Assembly (NCBI RefSeq): GCF_001458695.1
Contig: NZ_LN885086.1
Coordinates: forward strand, 2,160,001 to 2,192,000
DNA: 32,000 nt
Direction of reading: 5' to 3'
Source: Candidatus Nitrospira inopinata
GTDB lineage: Bacteria; Nitrospirota; Nitrospiria; Nitrospirales; Nitrospiraceae
Each line of letters begins with the position of its first letter. The first letter of the stretch is position 1. Below the pieces are notes generated by a model that did not search any database, was not told where the DNA came from, and saw nothing but the letters and a program-made list of their open reading frames with translations. A program made the position numbers and the translations under genes. Shown here in pieces: positions 19,547-29,747 of the stretch.

Positions 19547-20422
19547 ATGGCCGATGAACATTCCCAGGGCGGACAGCCGCAGCACGCGACCGGCGGTTTG
19601 GTGCCCGGTGTCAAACACGTGATTGCGGTGAGCAGTGGAAAGGGCGGAGTGGGCAAATCGACGGTTGCGTCGAATCTCGCGTGCGCGCTGGCCCTCACGG
19701 GCGCCAAGGTCGGCTTGTTGGACGCCGATCTGTACGGCCCCAATATTCCGATGATGATGGGGTCCGCCAAGGGGCCCGAACAAAAAGACGGGAAAATCGT
19801 CCCGGCTGAAAGTTACGGAGTCAAGTTGATCTCCATGGCGTTTCTGGTTCCGGAGGAGACCCCGTTGATCTGGCGGGGGCCGATGGTCCATCAATATCTC
19901 CAGGCGTTCTTTCGCGACGTGGAGTGGGGCGAGCTGGATTATCTCTTGATCGATTTGCCTCCCGGCACCGGCGACGTGCAGCTTTCCTTGTCGCAGATGG
20001 TGCCCTTGTCGGGGGCCGTCACGGTCACGACGCCCCAAGAGGTCGCGCTCCACGACGTGCGCAAGGGGATGGCCATGTTTCAAAAAGTCAACGTGCCCCT
20101 GTTGGGCATCATCGAGAACATGAGTTACTTTGTGTGCGGCCATTGCGGAGAACGGACCGAGATTTTTTCCCATGGCGGCGGCGAACGAGCGGCCGAAAAG
20201 CTGGGGGTGCCCTTCCTGGGGCGTATCCCCATCGATCCGGCGATTCGAGAAGGAGGAGACAGCGGGCATCCGATCGTCGTGACGGATCCGACGTCGCCGC
20301 AGGCCGCGGCTTTTCGCGACATCGCGCGCAAGTTGATCGACGAATTGGAAGGCGACACAAAGGGCGGGCCTTCGATCGACAGTCTGCTCAAGAAGATCAA
20401 ACAACCGTTGAGCGGTCATTGA
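19547..20422 (+). CDS. apbC: Mrp/ApbC/NBP35-family ATP-binding iron-sulfur cluster carrier
   Basis: [21 protein letters not shown] (deviant Walker A)…[10 protein letters not shown]…[12 protein letters not shown]…[18 protein letters not shown] (CxxC cluster-bridging motif)…LGRIP. Confidence 0.9.
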   Translation: MADEHSQGGQPQHATGGLVPGVKHVIAVSSGKGGVGKSTVASNLACALALTGAKVGLLDADLYGPNIPMMMGSAKGPEQKDGKIVPAESYGVKLISMAFLVPEETPLIWRGPMVHQYLQAFFRDVEWGELDYLLIDLPPGTGDVQLSLSQMVPLSGAVTVTTPQEVALHDVRKGMAMFQKVNVPLLGIIENMSYFVCGHCGERTEIFSHGGGERAAEKLGVPFLGRIPIDPAIREGGDSGHPIVVTDPTSPQAAAFRDIARKLIDELEGDTKGGPSIDSLLKKIKQPLSGH

Positions 20423-20760
20423 TGGCCGATCGACGATTCATCGTGGAGGAGAGCATGGCGGAGTTTGTGCGGGTTGCCGGAACGTCCGATGTGAAGCCGG
20501 GGCAAGGTGTGACGGCGGAAGTCAACGGCCGAACCTTGGCCGTGTTCAACGTCGATGGGACCTATCACGTGATCGACAATACTTGTCCACACCGCGGCGG
20601 ACCGCTGGGAGACGGCGAAGTCGAGGGACACATCGTGACCTGCCCCTGGCACGGCTGGCAATTCGATATGACCACGGGGGCCTGTACCAGGAATCCGTCC
20701 GCGACCGTCGAGGTCTTTCAAGTCAAGGTGGAAGGTAGCGACATCAAGGTGCTTCTCTAG
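20422..20760 (+). CDS. Small Rieske [2Fe-2S] domain protein (NirD / Rieske-ferredoxin like)
   Basis: CPHRGGPLGDG…CPWHGWQFD carries the CxH…CxxH Rieske ligands. The ATG overlaps the apbC stop codon (TGATG at 20420-20424). The alternative start is ATG 20455. The track ORF 19924..20760 is mostly out-of-frame read-through of apbC. Confidence 0.85.
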   Translation: MADRRFIVEESMAEFVRVAGTSDVKPGQGVTAEVNGRTLAVFNVDGTYHVIDNTCPHRGGPLGDGEVEGHIVTCPWHGWQFDMTTGACTRNPSATVEVFQVKVEGSDIKVLL

Positions 20761-20834
20761 GTCGTCTCGTCGGTTGCGCGCGACCGTTTGAACGGCGAGA
20801 AACAAGAGGCCGGCTTTGACAAGGGGATGACGCC

Positions 20835-21206
20835 ATGGCCGAGCCCGCTCTTGATAAACACCAACTGGCCGGATTCGATCCCAGGGAGCGCGGGTTCAGT
20901 CGCGCCGTCGAATTCGAGTCGGTCACGGAAGGCTATCAGGCGATTCTGCGCTATGAAACGGTTCGTGTCACGACCGAGCCCCGTCGGACGCAGGACGACG
21001 CCTTGCTGGCCTTGATCGCGCTGCTGCACGAGCAAGGGTACCGGCAGTTGAAGACCCAGAAAAGTTTTCACAAGGGTGCGTATTTGGGTTCGCGGGAACC
21101 GTGGGTCGAGTATCCTGATCCGCCCCACGAGCCGGAACGACGAGGCGTTCTGGCACGGCTGCTGAACTGGTTCGGTTCCACCGCTCGCGTCGGAGAAGAC
21201 CGATGA
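20835..21206 (+). CDS. Hypothetical protein (123 aa), no family recognised
   Basis: Protein-like composition (…FSRAVEFESVTEGYQAILRYETVRVTTEPRRTQDDALLALIALLHEQGYRQLKTQKSF…). RBS AAGGGGA upstream. Its stop overlaps the lipA ATG in a 4-nt overlap at 21203-21206. Confidence 0.55.
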   Translation: MAEPALDKHQLAGFDPRERGFSRAVEFESVTEGYQAILRYETVRVTTEPRRTQDDALLALIALLHEQGYRQLKTQKSFHKGAYLGSREPWVEYPDPPHEPERRGVLARLLNWFGSTARVGEDR

Positions 21207-22144
21207 ATTTTGTTCCCGTCGATCAGCTTCGGTCTTCCGTCGTCCGTTTTTCGGATTCCTCCCACTCGCCGAGCCCGAACGAAAATCGATCGTCTCGTTC
21301 CCGATTGCCCTCCTGGTTTAAAGTCGTCGCCACAACCGGTCCCGACTATTTGGACGTGAAGGGGGCGATGGACCGGCTCGGGCTTCATACGATCTGCGAA
21401 GAGGCTCGGTGTCCGAATCGCTGGGAGTGTTGGAACCAGCGCACCGCCACGTTTTTGATCCTGGGCGATATCTGCACCAGGCGCTGCCACTACTGTTCGG
21501 TCCATACCGGACGGCCGCAACCCGTCGATCGCGACGAGCCGCGACGGGTGGCCGAGGCCGTGCGGGCCCTGGGCCTTCGCCATGCCGTGGTCACGTCGGT
21601 CAATCGCGACGAACTGCCGGACGGCGGCGCTTCGGTGTTCGCCGACACCGTCAGACTCATCAGACAACTGAATCCGCACTGCACGGTTGAAGTGCTCATT
21701 CCCGATTTTGAGGGAAATCAGGACGCGCTCAAGACCGTCTGCGCCGAACGGCCCGACATTTTGAATCACAACATCGAAACGGTTGCTCGATTGTTTCCGG
21801 CCATCAGGCCGCAGGGGAAATATCGACGGTCGATCGAACTGCTGGAGAGGGCCAAGGGATGGGGCATGAGGACGAAATCCGGTCTGATCGTCGGCATGGG
21901 AGAGACTATCGACGAGGTGCGCGACGTCATGCGCGACCTGCGATCGGTCGGCTGCGATGTCCTGACCATCGGTCAATATCTCCAGCCGACGAGAGACCAT
22001 TTGCCAGTCTCACGATTTTACGATCCTTCCGAGTTTGCCGTTTTGAAAGAAGAAGGCCTTGCCCTGGGGTTCAGCCACGTCGAGTCCGGGCCGCTGGTGC
22101 GGAGTTCGTATCATGCCGAACGGCAGGTGACGGTCCAACCGTAG
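21203..22144 (+). CDS. lipA: Lipoyl synthase (radical SAM)
   Basis: LHTICEEARCPNRWECW (auxiliary-cluster Cys motif)…ILGDICTRRCHYCSV (CxxxCxxC radical-SAM motif)…SGLIVGMGET…LTIGQYLQP…RSSYHA. About 35 N-terminal residues precede the usual conserved start, so the true start may be later. Confidence 0.92.
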   Translation: MNFVPVDQLRSSVVRFSDSSHSPSPNENRSSRSRLPSWFKVVATTGPDYLDVKGAMDRLGLHTICEEARCPNRWECWNQRTATFLILGDICTRRCHYCSVHTGRPQPVDRDEPRRVAEAVRALGLRHAVVTSVNRDELPDGGASVFADTVRLIRQLNPHCTVEVLIPDFEGNQDALKTVCAERPDILNHNIETVARLFPAIRPQGKYRRSIELLERAKGWGMRTKSGLIVGMGETIDEVRDVMRDLRSVGCDVLTIGQYLQPTRDHLPVSRFYDPSEFAVLKEEGLALGFSHVESGPLVRSSYHAERQVTVQP

Positions 22145-22232
22145 GACAAGAGGAAGCCGCTCTCCGTTCATCGTCGACCGGCCCAAACCGCTGCGTTCGG
22201 CGTTTGAGCGTCGGTGTCGTTTCCGAAGAGAT

Positions 22233-23873
22233 TCAAACCGCCAACGCCTTGCCGATGATGGTCTGGGCTTCTTCCTGAATCCGCTTCAGGTGTTCCCTCC
22301 CCCGGAAGCTTTCCGCGTAGAGTTTGTACACGGCTTCCGTGCCGGACGGCCTGGCCGCGAACCAGCCATGCTCCGTCACGACCTTGATGCCTCCGATCAC
22401 AGCGCCGTTCCCCGGAGCGGTCGTGAGCATGGCGATGATCTTGTCGCCGGCCAACGTCGTGACCGTCAGATGACGGGGCGACAGTTTCGAGAGAGCGGCC
22501 TTCTGTTCCGGCGTCGCGGGGGCATCGATCCGTTCATAGACCGGCTCGCCTAATTCGCCTGTCAAATCGCGATAGAGCTGCGCCGGGTCCTTGCCGGTTC
22601 CGGCCGTCATCTCGGCGGCGAGGAGATCCATGATGATGCCGTCTTTGTCGGTGGACCACACGGCGCCGTCCAGGCGCAGGAACGAGGCGCCCGCGCTTTC
22701 TTCCCCGCCGAAGCCGAGGGAGCCGTCGAGCAGGCCGTTCACGAACCATTTGAACCCGACCGGCACTTCGACGAGGCGTCGTTGCAGGCGTGTTGCCACG
22801 CGATCGATCAGACTGCTGCTGACCAATGTTTTGCCGATTCCGGCGTCGGACTTCCACCGGGGACGGTGCGTGAACAGATAGGCGATCGAAACAGCCAGAT
22901 AATGGTTCGGGTTCATCAAGCCGGATCGAGTCACAATCCCGTGCCGATCATTGTCGGCATCGTTGCCGAACGCCACGTCGAAACGATCCTTGAGCGCGAT
23001 CAAGTTCGCCATGGCATGGGGGGAGGAACAGTCCATGCGGATTTTTCCGTCCCAATCAAGCGGCATGAAGCGGAACGTGGGATCGATGGTTCGGTTGACG
23101 ATTTCGAGATTCAAGCCGAATCGCGCCGCGATCGGTTCCCAGTAGGCGATGCCGGACCCCCCGAGCGGGTCGACCCCTAACTTCAACGTGGCGGATTTGA
23201 TGACGTTGATGTCGATGACATGGGCAAGGTCGCCGACATACGAGGAGATGTACTCGTGCCGATGGGTCGTCGGAGCCCGGCGTGCCTGCTCAAACGGCAC
23301 GCGCCGGACGCCGCGTAAATCGCCGGCCAAGAGTTCATTCGCCCGATCCTCGATCCATTTGGTGACCTGGGTGTCGGCCGGCCCCCCGTGCGGCGGGTTG
23401 TACTTGATCCCGCCGTCCTCCGGCGGGTTGTGCGAGGGGGTGATCACGATGCCGTCCGCCAATCCGGACGTCCGGCCCCGATTGTAGGACAAAATCGCAT
23501 GGGAGATCACCGGCGTGGGCGTGTAGCCGTCATCGCGGTCGATCATGACGGTGACGCCGTTGGCCGCCAGCACTTCGAGGGCCGTGACAAAGGCCGGTCG
23601 GGAGAGCGCGTGCGTATCTTTTCCCAAATAGAGCGGCCCGGTCGTGTTCCGACCGAATCGGTAGTCGCAAATCGCTTGGGTGACGGCCAGGATGTGCGCT
23701 TCGTTGAAGCTGCGCGTGAACGACGAGCCGCGGTGGCCCGATGTGCCGAACGAGACCCGCTGCTCCCGTATCGTGGGGTCCGGCTTCTCCGTCTCATAGG
23801 CGGCCAGGAGCTTCGTCATATCGACGAGGGAAGATGCCGGGGCCGGTTTCCCGGCAAGGGAGTGAATGGTCAT
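22233..23873 (-). CDS. pgm: Phosphoglucomutase (alpha-D-glucose-phosphate specific)
   Basis: 546 aa. FGTSGHRG…[19 protein letters not shown] (active-site Ser loop)…[11 protein letters not shown] (metal-binding loop)…GGEESAG. Confidence 0.93.
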   Translation of the reverse strand: MTIHSLAGKPAPASSLVDMTKLLAAYETEKPDPTIREQRVSFGTSGHRGSSFTRSFNEAHILAVTQAICDYRFGRNTTGPLYLGKDTHALSRPAFVTALEVLAANGVTVMIDRDDGYTPTPVISHAILSYNRGRTSGLADGIVITPSHNPPEDGGIKYNPPHGGPADTQVTKWIEDRANELLAGDLRGVRRVPFEQARRAPTTHRHEYISSYVGDLAHVIDINVIKSATLKLGVDPLGGSGIAYWEPIAARFGLNLEIVNRTIDPTFRFMPLDWDGKIRMDCSSPHAMANLIALKDRFDVAFGNDADNDRHGIVTRSGLMNPNHYLAVSIAYLFTHRPRWKSDAGIGKTLVSSSLIDRVATRLQRRLVEVPVGFKWFVNGLLDGSLGFGGEESAGASFLRLDGAVWSTDKDGIIMDLLAAEMTAGTGKDPAQLYRDLTGELGEPVYERIDAPATPEQKAALSKLSPRHLTVTTLAGDKIIAMLTTAPGNGAVIGGIKVVTEHGWFAARPSGTEAVYKLYAESFRGREHLKRIQEEAQTIIGKALAV

Positions 23874-23906
23874 GGGAGACCTCTCTTTCAGGAAGCCGTG
23901 TTCCTG

Positions 23907-23943
23907 CCGGCTGCCGTTACAAGGCAGTCGGGCCGGCAGCCGG
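23907..23943. repeat. Perfect 10-bp inverted repeat (CCGGCTGCCG - 17 nt - CGGCAGCCGG) with a nested 5-bp stem (CTGCC-gttacaa-GGCAG)
   Basis: Read directly from the sequence, in the 125-bp gap between the Rh50 stop and the pgm start. On the plus strand it is followed by TTTCTTG. Confidence 0.5.
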
Positions 23944-23998
23944 TTTCTTGCAGCATGCTTTGACGGCCACTATGATTTGTCAGAGCCATGATTTCGAC

Positions 23999-25186
23999 TC
24001 AATGCCCGCCCTCCGGGCCGGCCGCATGGGCAAACTCAGGATAGTCTTCATAAGCCTGTTCCGTCGTTCCGGTGGCTTTGATCAGCATGCCGGCGATGCC
24101 GCCGCCCGCCAACGCAATGACAAGCGTCAGGCCGATGCCCGTGAGTTGGGCTCCGACCACGGTGGGAACGACGACGATGGCGCAGAGCCCGCCCAGAAGC
24201 CCCGGCATCCCGTGCAAGTTGTGAACGCCGCAGGTGTCGATCAATTTGATCCGGGATTCCAGCAGGGGCTGGATAAACACGAATCCGACGACCGAAAGGG
24301 CGCCGGCAAGCAGGCCGATCGCGAAGGCACCGCCGGGACTCACAAGGTTGCAGGTCGATCCGATCGACACTCCGCCAGCCAGCGTGGCGTTGGCCATATC
24401 GACCATCGACGTTTTGCCCTTATGAAAACGGGTGCTGAGAAAATAGGTGGCGAGGGTGGCCCCGCTCAACGCGAGAATGGTATTGACGATCGTTTGCGGC
24501 ATTTCTTCGAAAGGGACGATGGCGGTCGCGAAACTGGGCCAGAACAACCACAAGACCATCGAGCCGAGCATTGCGAATCGATCGGAGGTCGGATCGGATT
24601 CGATCGGCCGGCCGCGCTGTTGCTCGGTTGTCAACATGATGGATGCCGCCAAACCGAAATACGCGCCGAACGCATGGATGACGATCGACCCTGCCGAGTC
24701 CTGAAATCCTTTGGTGATTCCCAGCCCGTTGTCCAACACGATCCATTCGTTCAGAGCGTAGAGGGGGACCAGGAGCAACGTCAGGAGCGCGTACTGAAAC
24801 ACCCGTAACCGTCCGAGCACGGCGCCCATGGCGATCAAGGCCGTCGCGACGGAAAATTCCGCCAGCATCAGGGATTCAACCGAGTGCGCCGTCAGCGCGT
24901 GACCGATCACCCCGTTGGCGCGCAGGAATAGATACAGAGGCAAGCCGGTGGCGACCACCAGATAAGTGCCGGTGGTCGCTCCGAAGCCGTATCGTTTGAC
25001 GAACACCATTAAAAATCCGAACCCGACCACCAGCATGGCGAGAATATGGATCGAATAGTTATATTGCGCGACGAGGCGCGCTTCATTGACGGTTCCCGAA
25101 GACTCCGAGGCGCCGACTTCGCCGTTAACGCACAAGAGCAACAGAACGACCGCGATGAACACCCTCAGGCATGCGGTGGTCTTCAT
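23999..25186 (-). CDS. Rh50-type (Rhesus family) ammonium/ammonia channel with an N-terminal signal peptide
   Basis: GFGFLMVFVKRYGF, GSIVIHAFGAYFGL and DTCGVHNLHGMPGLLGG are Rh-family (not AmtB) signatures, including the twin pore histidines. The start is placed at ATG (complement of 25184-25186, MKTTACLRVFIAVVLLLLCVNG), preceded by GGAAGGGGG as RBS. The track ORF begins 39 codons earlier. Confidence 0.88.
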   Translation of the reverse strand: MKTTACLRVFIAVVLLLLCVNGEVGASESSGTVNEARLVAQYNYSIHILAMLVVGFGFLMVFVKRYGFGATTGTYLVVATGLPLYLFLRANGVIGHALTAHSVESLMLAEFSVATALIAMGAVLGRLRVFQYALLTLLLVPLYALNEWIVLDNGLGITKGFQDSAGSIVIHAFGAYFGLAASIMLTTEQQRGRPIESDPTSDRFAMLGSMVLWLFWPSFATAIVPFEEMPQTIVNTILALSGATLATYFLSTRFHKGKTSMVDMANATLAGGVSIGSTCNLVSPGGAFAIGLLAGALSVVGFVFIQPLLESRIKLIDTCGVHNLHGMPGLLGGLCAIVVVPTVVGAQLTGIGLTLVIALAGGGIAGMLIKATGTTEQAYEDYPEFAHAAGPEGGH

Positions 25187-25449
25187 GTCGATCCCCCTTC
25201 CGGTTAGGAGTGACGAGGCCATACCGGCCCGCAGTGTACTCCACTTGTCGGCTCGCCTGTCAAACGACGCGGAAGGAGCAGAGGTGTTGTCCGAGAAAAG
25301 CATTGGAAGAGCTACGGCGTGTCATGTGCGTAACATAAGATTGATCGATCATAACAGAACCGGTCAGACGCGCGAGCCGGGCACGGGCTTCAGAGAACTG
25401 TGCGCCGGTTCCGATTTCGGGAACGACGTGGCCCTCGATCAAGGGAGAG

Positions 25450-25487
25450 AATGAAAAGAGCCGACTCTCATAGAGACGGACCGGCTC
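25450..25487 (-). terminator. Candidate intrinsic terminator downstream of the hybrid kinase gene
   Basis: After the TAG stop, the minus strand reads GGAGCCG-gtccgtCTCTatgAGAGt-CGGCTC followed by TTTTCATTCTC. That is an interrupted GC stem plus a U-rich tail. Confidence 0.4.
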
Positions 25488-25491
25488 CGCT

Positions 25492-28338
25492 CTACGCCAC
25501 GCGAGGGAGCGTGTCGTATTCTTGGCGGTGACGATCAAGAATGCGTACGAGGCGGAGGACTTCTGATTCCAGTCGAGGGTAGGCGGCCGTTGCGTCATTA
25601 AGACGTCCTTGCCGGACCAGTTCTTCGATCCGACCGGCCGCCGAGGCGACTTTCCCCGCGCGCAGATTGCCGGCCGCTCCCTTCAAGGTGTGGGCGGCCC
25701 GCTCGATCGTCGTGGCATCGCCCGTCTCAAGACCCGTTTTGATTTCAGCCAACCTCGCCCGATGTTGGTCCACAAACAAAACGACCAGTTGCCGAATCAG
25801 GTGATGGTCGCCTCCCAGATTGGCCTCCAAGGCGGCGAGGTCGAACGTGTCGACGTCACTGTGGCTTGCGATCGCTCGCCGGCCGATCCGACCTGAAGGC
25901 AATATGGGGACTGGAACCCATCGTTCGAGGACCGAACGCAACGTCTCCAACTGAATCGGCTTGGCGAGGTAGTCGTCCATGCCGGCGGCGAGGCACTGCT
26001 CGCGATCTCCTTTCATGGCGTTGGCCGTCACGGCGATAATAGGGATGTGTCTTGGAGATTGCCCCTCGATGGCCTTTCGTGTTTCGCCGGCTGCGAGCGC
26101 CGCTTCACGCTCCCGGATCATCCGCGTCGTCTCAAAACCGTCGAGAACCGGCATTTGACAATCCATGAGAATCGCGTCGTAGTCCGCTTTGGCCAGAGCT
26201 TCGATCGCTTCCCGCCCGTTGCTCGCGATGGATGCCCGATAGCCCAATTTTTCCGCCATGCGCGCCGCCAGTTTCTGGTTGATTTCGTTGTCTTCAACGA
26301 TCAGGAGAGACGGTCGCCGCGAAGCGTGAGCCGCCGGCGCCCGTTCTTCCATGGAAAGGTCGGGGCGAATCGCTTGGCGGGCGGGAGGCTCGCTCGTGAG
26401 GGCCAAGGCCTTGCGAAGGCAATTCTGCAATTGATCGTGGCGGATCGGTTTCTGGAGATGGCTGACCGGACCGACTTGCTGTTCCTGTTCGGCGTAGCCT
26501 CGTTGAAACAGGGGAGTAAGGAGGACGACGGGGGTCGTTCTTCCCTCGGCGCGTTGTCGCAGTTCCCGAACAAATTGCAAGCCGTCTTTCCCCGGCATGA
26601 TGGCGTCGGCGATCACAAGCTCGAAGGGGGTCCCGTCCGCCATCATCGTTTCCATGAATCGGTGCAAGGCCGTGTCGGCATCTTCCACGGTCTCCGCGAT
26701 CATGCCCCATCCCCTCATGAGCTCGCGCAGGACCCTTCGACTGGATTCATGGTCATCCACGATCAACGCGCGACGCCCCGCGAGGTCGTCCGACGGAGCG
26801 ATCGCTTGCGGAGAGTCGGCCTGCTTCGCAAATCGAGCCGTGCATTGGAACGTGCTCCCGCGTCCGACCGAACTGATGACCGTGATGTGCCCGTCCATCA
26901 GCTCAACGAGCTGTTTGGAGATCATCAGGCCCAAGCCGGTGCCGCCGTATCGTCTGGTCGTCGAACTGTCTCCCTGCACGAAAGGTCTGAACAGTTTGGC
27001 CTGTGTGTCCGGCGGGATGCCGATTCCGCTGTCCGTGACGTCGAAACGGATCGCGACGCGGTCCGGCGAGTCTTCCTCCAGAAAGACTTGCAGCGAAACT
27101 TCTCCCTGCTGGGTGAACTTGACGGCGTTTCCGATCAGATTCGTGAGAACTTGGCGCAGGCGCGCGGGGTCCCCCCGGAGGGCGATAGGCACGTTCGCGT
27201 GGACCAGTCCGGTCAGTTCGAGTCCTTTGGCGTCGGCCTGCTGAGCGAATTGCGCCAGCGTGTCCTCCACTGTGTCGCGCAGATTGAAATCGATCGATTC
27301 GAGCTCCAGCTTTCCCGCTTCGATTTTGCTGTATTCGAGCACGTCGTTGATCACGTGCAGCAACGACTCGCCGCATTGACGGATGGTGGTCGCGTAGGTT
27401 TTTTGCTCCGGCGAGAGAGGCGTCTCCAGCAACAAACTGGTCATGCCGATGACTCCGTTCATCGGCGTGCGAATCTCATGACTCATCATGGCCAAAAACG
27501 TCGCCTTGGCCCTTGCCGCTTCTTGTGCGACGGTGAGCGCCTCATCCAACCGACGATTGACGTCCCGCATCTCTTGGGCGGTGAGAATCAGTTCCTGCTG
27601 CGTTTTGTAGATTCTGGTGGTGTCGATCCCGTAGCCACGAACCAAGCCGTGCGACGTCATCGGGCACAGCGTCCATGAGAAGCTGGCCTCCGGGAGCGAG
27701 ACCTCCAACCCTTGCATCGGCTCGCCTGATCGAAGGCATTGCGCCACCAGCCGAGACAGTCTCTGCGGCAAAATTCTGGGGGTGCCGTCTTCTCGATAGC
27801 CCAGGTCGGCGAGCCAAGCTGTCATGACCGGATTGGCGTACAGCATGTTTCCATCGCGGTCCAATTCGACGACGGGCGACGGCGCTTCTTCCGCGATGGC
27901 GGCGAGCCGATCCCGCTCCGAACGCAGATCCTCTTCGCGAGACAAATCCCGCAGGCTGACCGCCAAGCTCGGCGCGTCGGAGCGGCCGTCGTGATCGAGC
28001 GCGTGACAGGTCCATTCGACGGGAGTCTCGCCGGCGACGCCGATCCGAAGCCGTGCGGTCGCGCGTGCCATGGGCTCTCTCGATGCCGACACGGACTTGA
28101 GCCGGTCGAGCACCAGGGAGGGAGCGGAATCGGTCAAAGCGGCCCAGATTTCGGGGAAAGACTGTCCGGAGAGAGCGGCTTGAGGCCGTCCGAGCAAACG
28201 CGCGCCCTCCATGTTGCTCCAGATGATGAAACCGTCGCCGCGCAGCAGGGCGACCCCGAAGGGAAGATTGTCGAGCGTGACGGTCACGGGGAGGCGATGC
28301 AATTCGTCGTGGAATGCGTACCGGTTTGTTGGCCTCAT
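25492..28338 (-). CDS. Soluble hybrid sensor histidine kinase: PAS - PAS - HisKA - HATPase - REC - REC - HPt
   Basis: No TM segment. H-box [15 protein letters not shown] boxes [29 protein letters not shown]1 LIVDDHESS…[12 protein letters not shown]…QKP. REC2 [13 protein letters not shown]…[12 protein letters not shown]…AVTANAM…AKPI. HPt [12 protein letters not shown]. The ATG overlaps the stop of the upstream HD-GYP gene in a 4-nt overlap at 28335-28338. Confidence 0.9.
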   Translation of the reverse strand: MRPTNRYAFHDELHRLPVTVTLDNLPFGVALLRGDGFIIWSNMEGARLLGRPQAALSGQSFPEIWAALTDSAPSLVLDRLKSVSASREPMARATARLRIGVAGETPVEWTCHALDHDGRSDAPSLAVSLRDLSREEDLRSERDRLAAIAEEAPSPVVELDRDGNMLYANPVMTAWLADLGYREDGTPRILPQRLSRLVAQCLRSGEPMQGLEVSLPEASFSWTLCPMTSHGLVRGYGIDTTRIYKTQQELILTAQEMRDVNRRLDEALTVAQEAARAKATFLAMMSHEIRTPMNGVIGMTSLLLETPLSPEQKTYATTIRQCGESLLHVINDVLEYSKIEAGKLELESIDFNLRDTVEDTLAQFAQQADAKGLELTGLVHANVPIALRGDPARLRQVLTNLIGNAVKFTQQGEVSLQVFLEEDSPDRVAIRFDVTDSGIGIPPDTQAKLFRPFVQGDSSTTRRYGGTGLGLMISKQLVELMDGHITVISSVGRGSTFQCTARFAKQADSPQAIAPSDDLAGRRALIVDDHESSRRVLRELMRGWGMIAETVEDADTALHRFMETMMADGTPFELVIADAIMPGKDGLQFVRELRQRAEGRTTPVVLLTPLFQRGYAEQEQQVGPVSHLQKPIRHDQLQNCLRKALALTSEPPARQAIRPDLSMEERAPAAHASRRPSLLIVEDNEINQKLAARMAEKLGYRASIASNGREAIEALAKADYDAILMDCQMPVLDGFETTRMIREREAALAAGETRKAIEGQSPRHIPIIAVTANAMKGDREQCLAAGMDDYLAKPIQLETLRSVLERWVPVPILPSGRIGRRAIASHSDVDTFDLAALEANLGGDHHLIRQLVVLFVDQHRARLAEIKTGLETGDATTIERAAHTLKGAAGNLRAGKVASAAGRIEELVRQGRLNDATAAYPRLESEVLRLVRILDRHRQEYDTLPRVA

Positions 28339-29582
28339 GATGCCGCCTCGAGCGTGACGTCGTCCAAATACAAGGCGATGTTGACGAACTCGTGAGCCGG
28401 GTCGAGGGCGCGCGCGATGACGGGAACCGCCTCACCGCCGGAAGGCGCCGCGAGATCCACAGGATGAGGCCTGGGGTAGGCTTCGCCTCTCGGTCCTTTA
28501 ATGACCAAGACTTTCGGTTTGAGCCGCGCCTCCGGATTGAGGCCGACGACGATGGCCTGCTCGCCGGTGTTCAGGAGCACCAGGCTTCCGATCGGATAAA
28601 CGCCGACGATCCGAACGGTGGTTTCAATCAGCGCCGCGTCGAAGCGTCCCTCTTTGCCGGAAAGAAACAGGCGGCGCACGGCGTCGTTCGGGAGCATGGC
28701 CGGACGTCCTCCGCGGCGGCTCACCATGCCGTCGTACCAGTCCACGATTCCGACGATCTGGGCAAGGCGCGAAATATCCAGGCCTCTCCGTCCCTCGGGA
28801 AATCCGCTGCCGTCCATGCGTTCATGGTGTTCGGCCACGATTCGTTTCACCTCGTCATGAACGTCGTCGCATTCGGCCAGCACGGTTATGCCCAATCGCG
28901 GGTGTTGCTCCAGCAGCGCGCGTTCCTGGCCGGTGCATTCATGACGATTTCGGACAAGGTTGCGCGGCAGTCGAAGGTAGCCCGCGTCGTGAAGCAGGGC
29001 GCCGGTTCCAAGGAGCGTTTGTGCGTCCTGATCGAGACCATATTCGACCGACACGGCCAGCGAGAGGATGCAGGTGTCGAGCGCGTGAGCCGTGAGGGAG
29101 TGGTCGAACCGCTTGATTTTGCGGACGGCCAGTTGCGTCATCATCGCCTCGCGGTCATTGAGAATCCATCGCATGATGTTGGCCACGGCGGCCTTCGCGA
29201 CGGCCGAGGGCGGAGGGCCGCCCTGCATGAGCTGATCGAACATTCGCTCGATGGCCTCTTCGGCGGCGATATAAAAAGCGCTCGCCGAATCCGCCTGGTC
29301 CAGTGACGTTGCACCGATCGAGTCCGAAGCAGCCGCGTCCTTTTCGTCCTGACCGTCGCTTCCGTCGCTCGAGGGTTTTCCAGCCACGTCTTTTCCCTTG
29401 CGAGGGTCGATGGTGACCGTTCGAATGCCGCATCGCCGCATGGTGTCGATGACGGTCGTGTCATCGATAAGGCGCTTATGCGAGAGGAAAGGGGTTCGAT
29501 ACCATGGCACGTCGACGCCGACGACGTACATGCCGGGTGTCAAGTCATCGATGGAAATGTGTTTCAACTTGCTCTCGGTCAT
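28335..29582 (-). CDS. DUF3391 - HD-GYP domain protein with non-canonical motifs (HDAGY / GFP)
   Basis: The N terminus [31 protein letters not shown] is DUF3391-like. HD domain [11 protein letters not shown]…EQHP…[14 protein letters not shown]. The C-terminal block [21 protein letters not shown] is shared with the 29748 paralogue. The start is placed at ATG (complement of 29580-29582, MTESKLK). Confidence 0.85.
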   Translation of the reverse strand: MTESKLKHISIDDLTPGMYVVGVDVPWYRTPFLSHKRLIDDTTVIDTMRRCGIRTVTIDPRKGKDVAGKPSSDGSDGQDEKDAAASDSIGATSLDQADSASAFYIAAEEAIERMFDQLMQGGPPPSAVAKAAVANIMRWILNDREAMMTQLAVRKIKRFDHSLTAHALDTCILSLAVSVEYGLDQDAQTLLGTGALLHDAGYLRLPRNLVRNRHECTGQERALLEQHPRLGITVLAECDDVHDEVKRIVAEHHERMDGSGFPEGRRGLDISRLAQIVGIVDWYDGMVSRRGGRPAMLPNDAVRRLFLSGKEGRFDAALIETTVRIVGVYPIGSLVLLNTGEQAIVVGLNPEARLKPKVLVIKGPRGEAYPRPHPVDLAAPSGGEAVPVIARALDPAHEFVNIALYLDDVTLEAAS

Positions 29583-29747
29583 ACGATCGGGCGCACGGGG
29601 AGGACAGTGTGTGAACCGTATCGGCATGTGCCCGGGGAACTTGACGGGCCACGACAGGCGGCGGTCAAGATTTCAATAAGATAGCCGATAAAACCATGGC
29701 GGCGTCTCGCTTCGTGAGGCGTTTTGCAACGGACCGACCGGGCGGCC

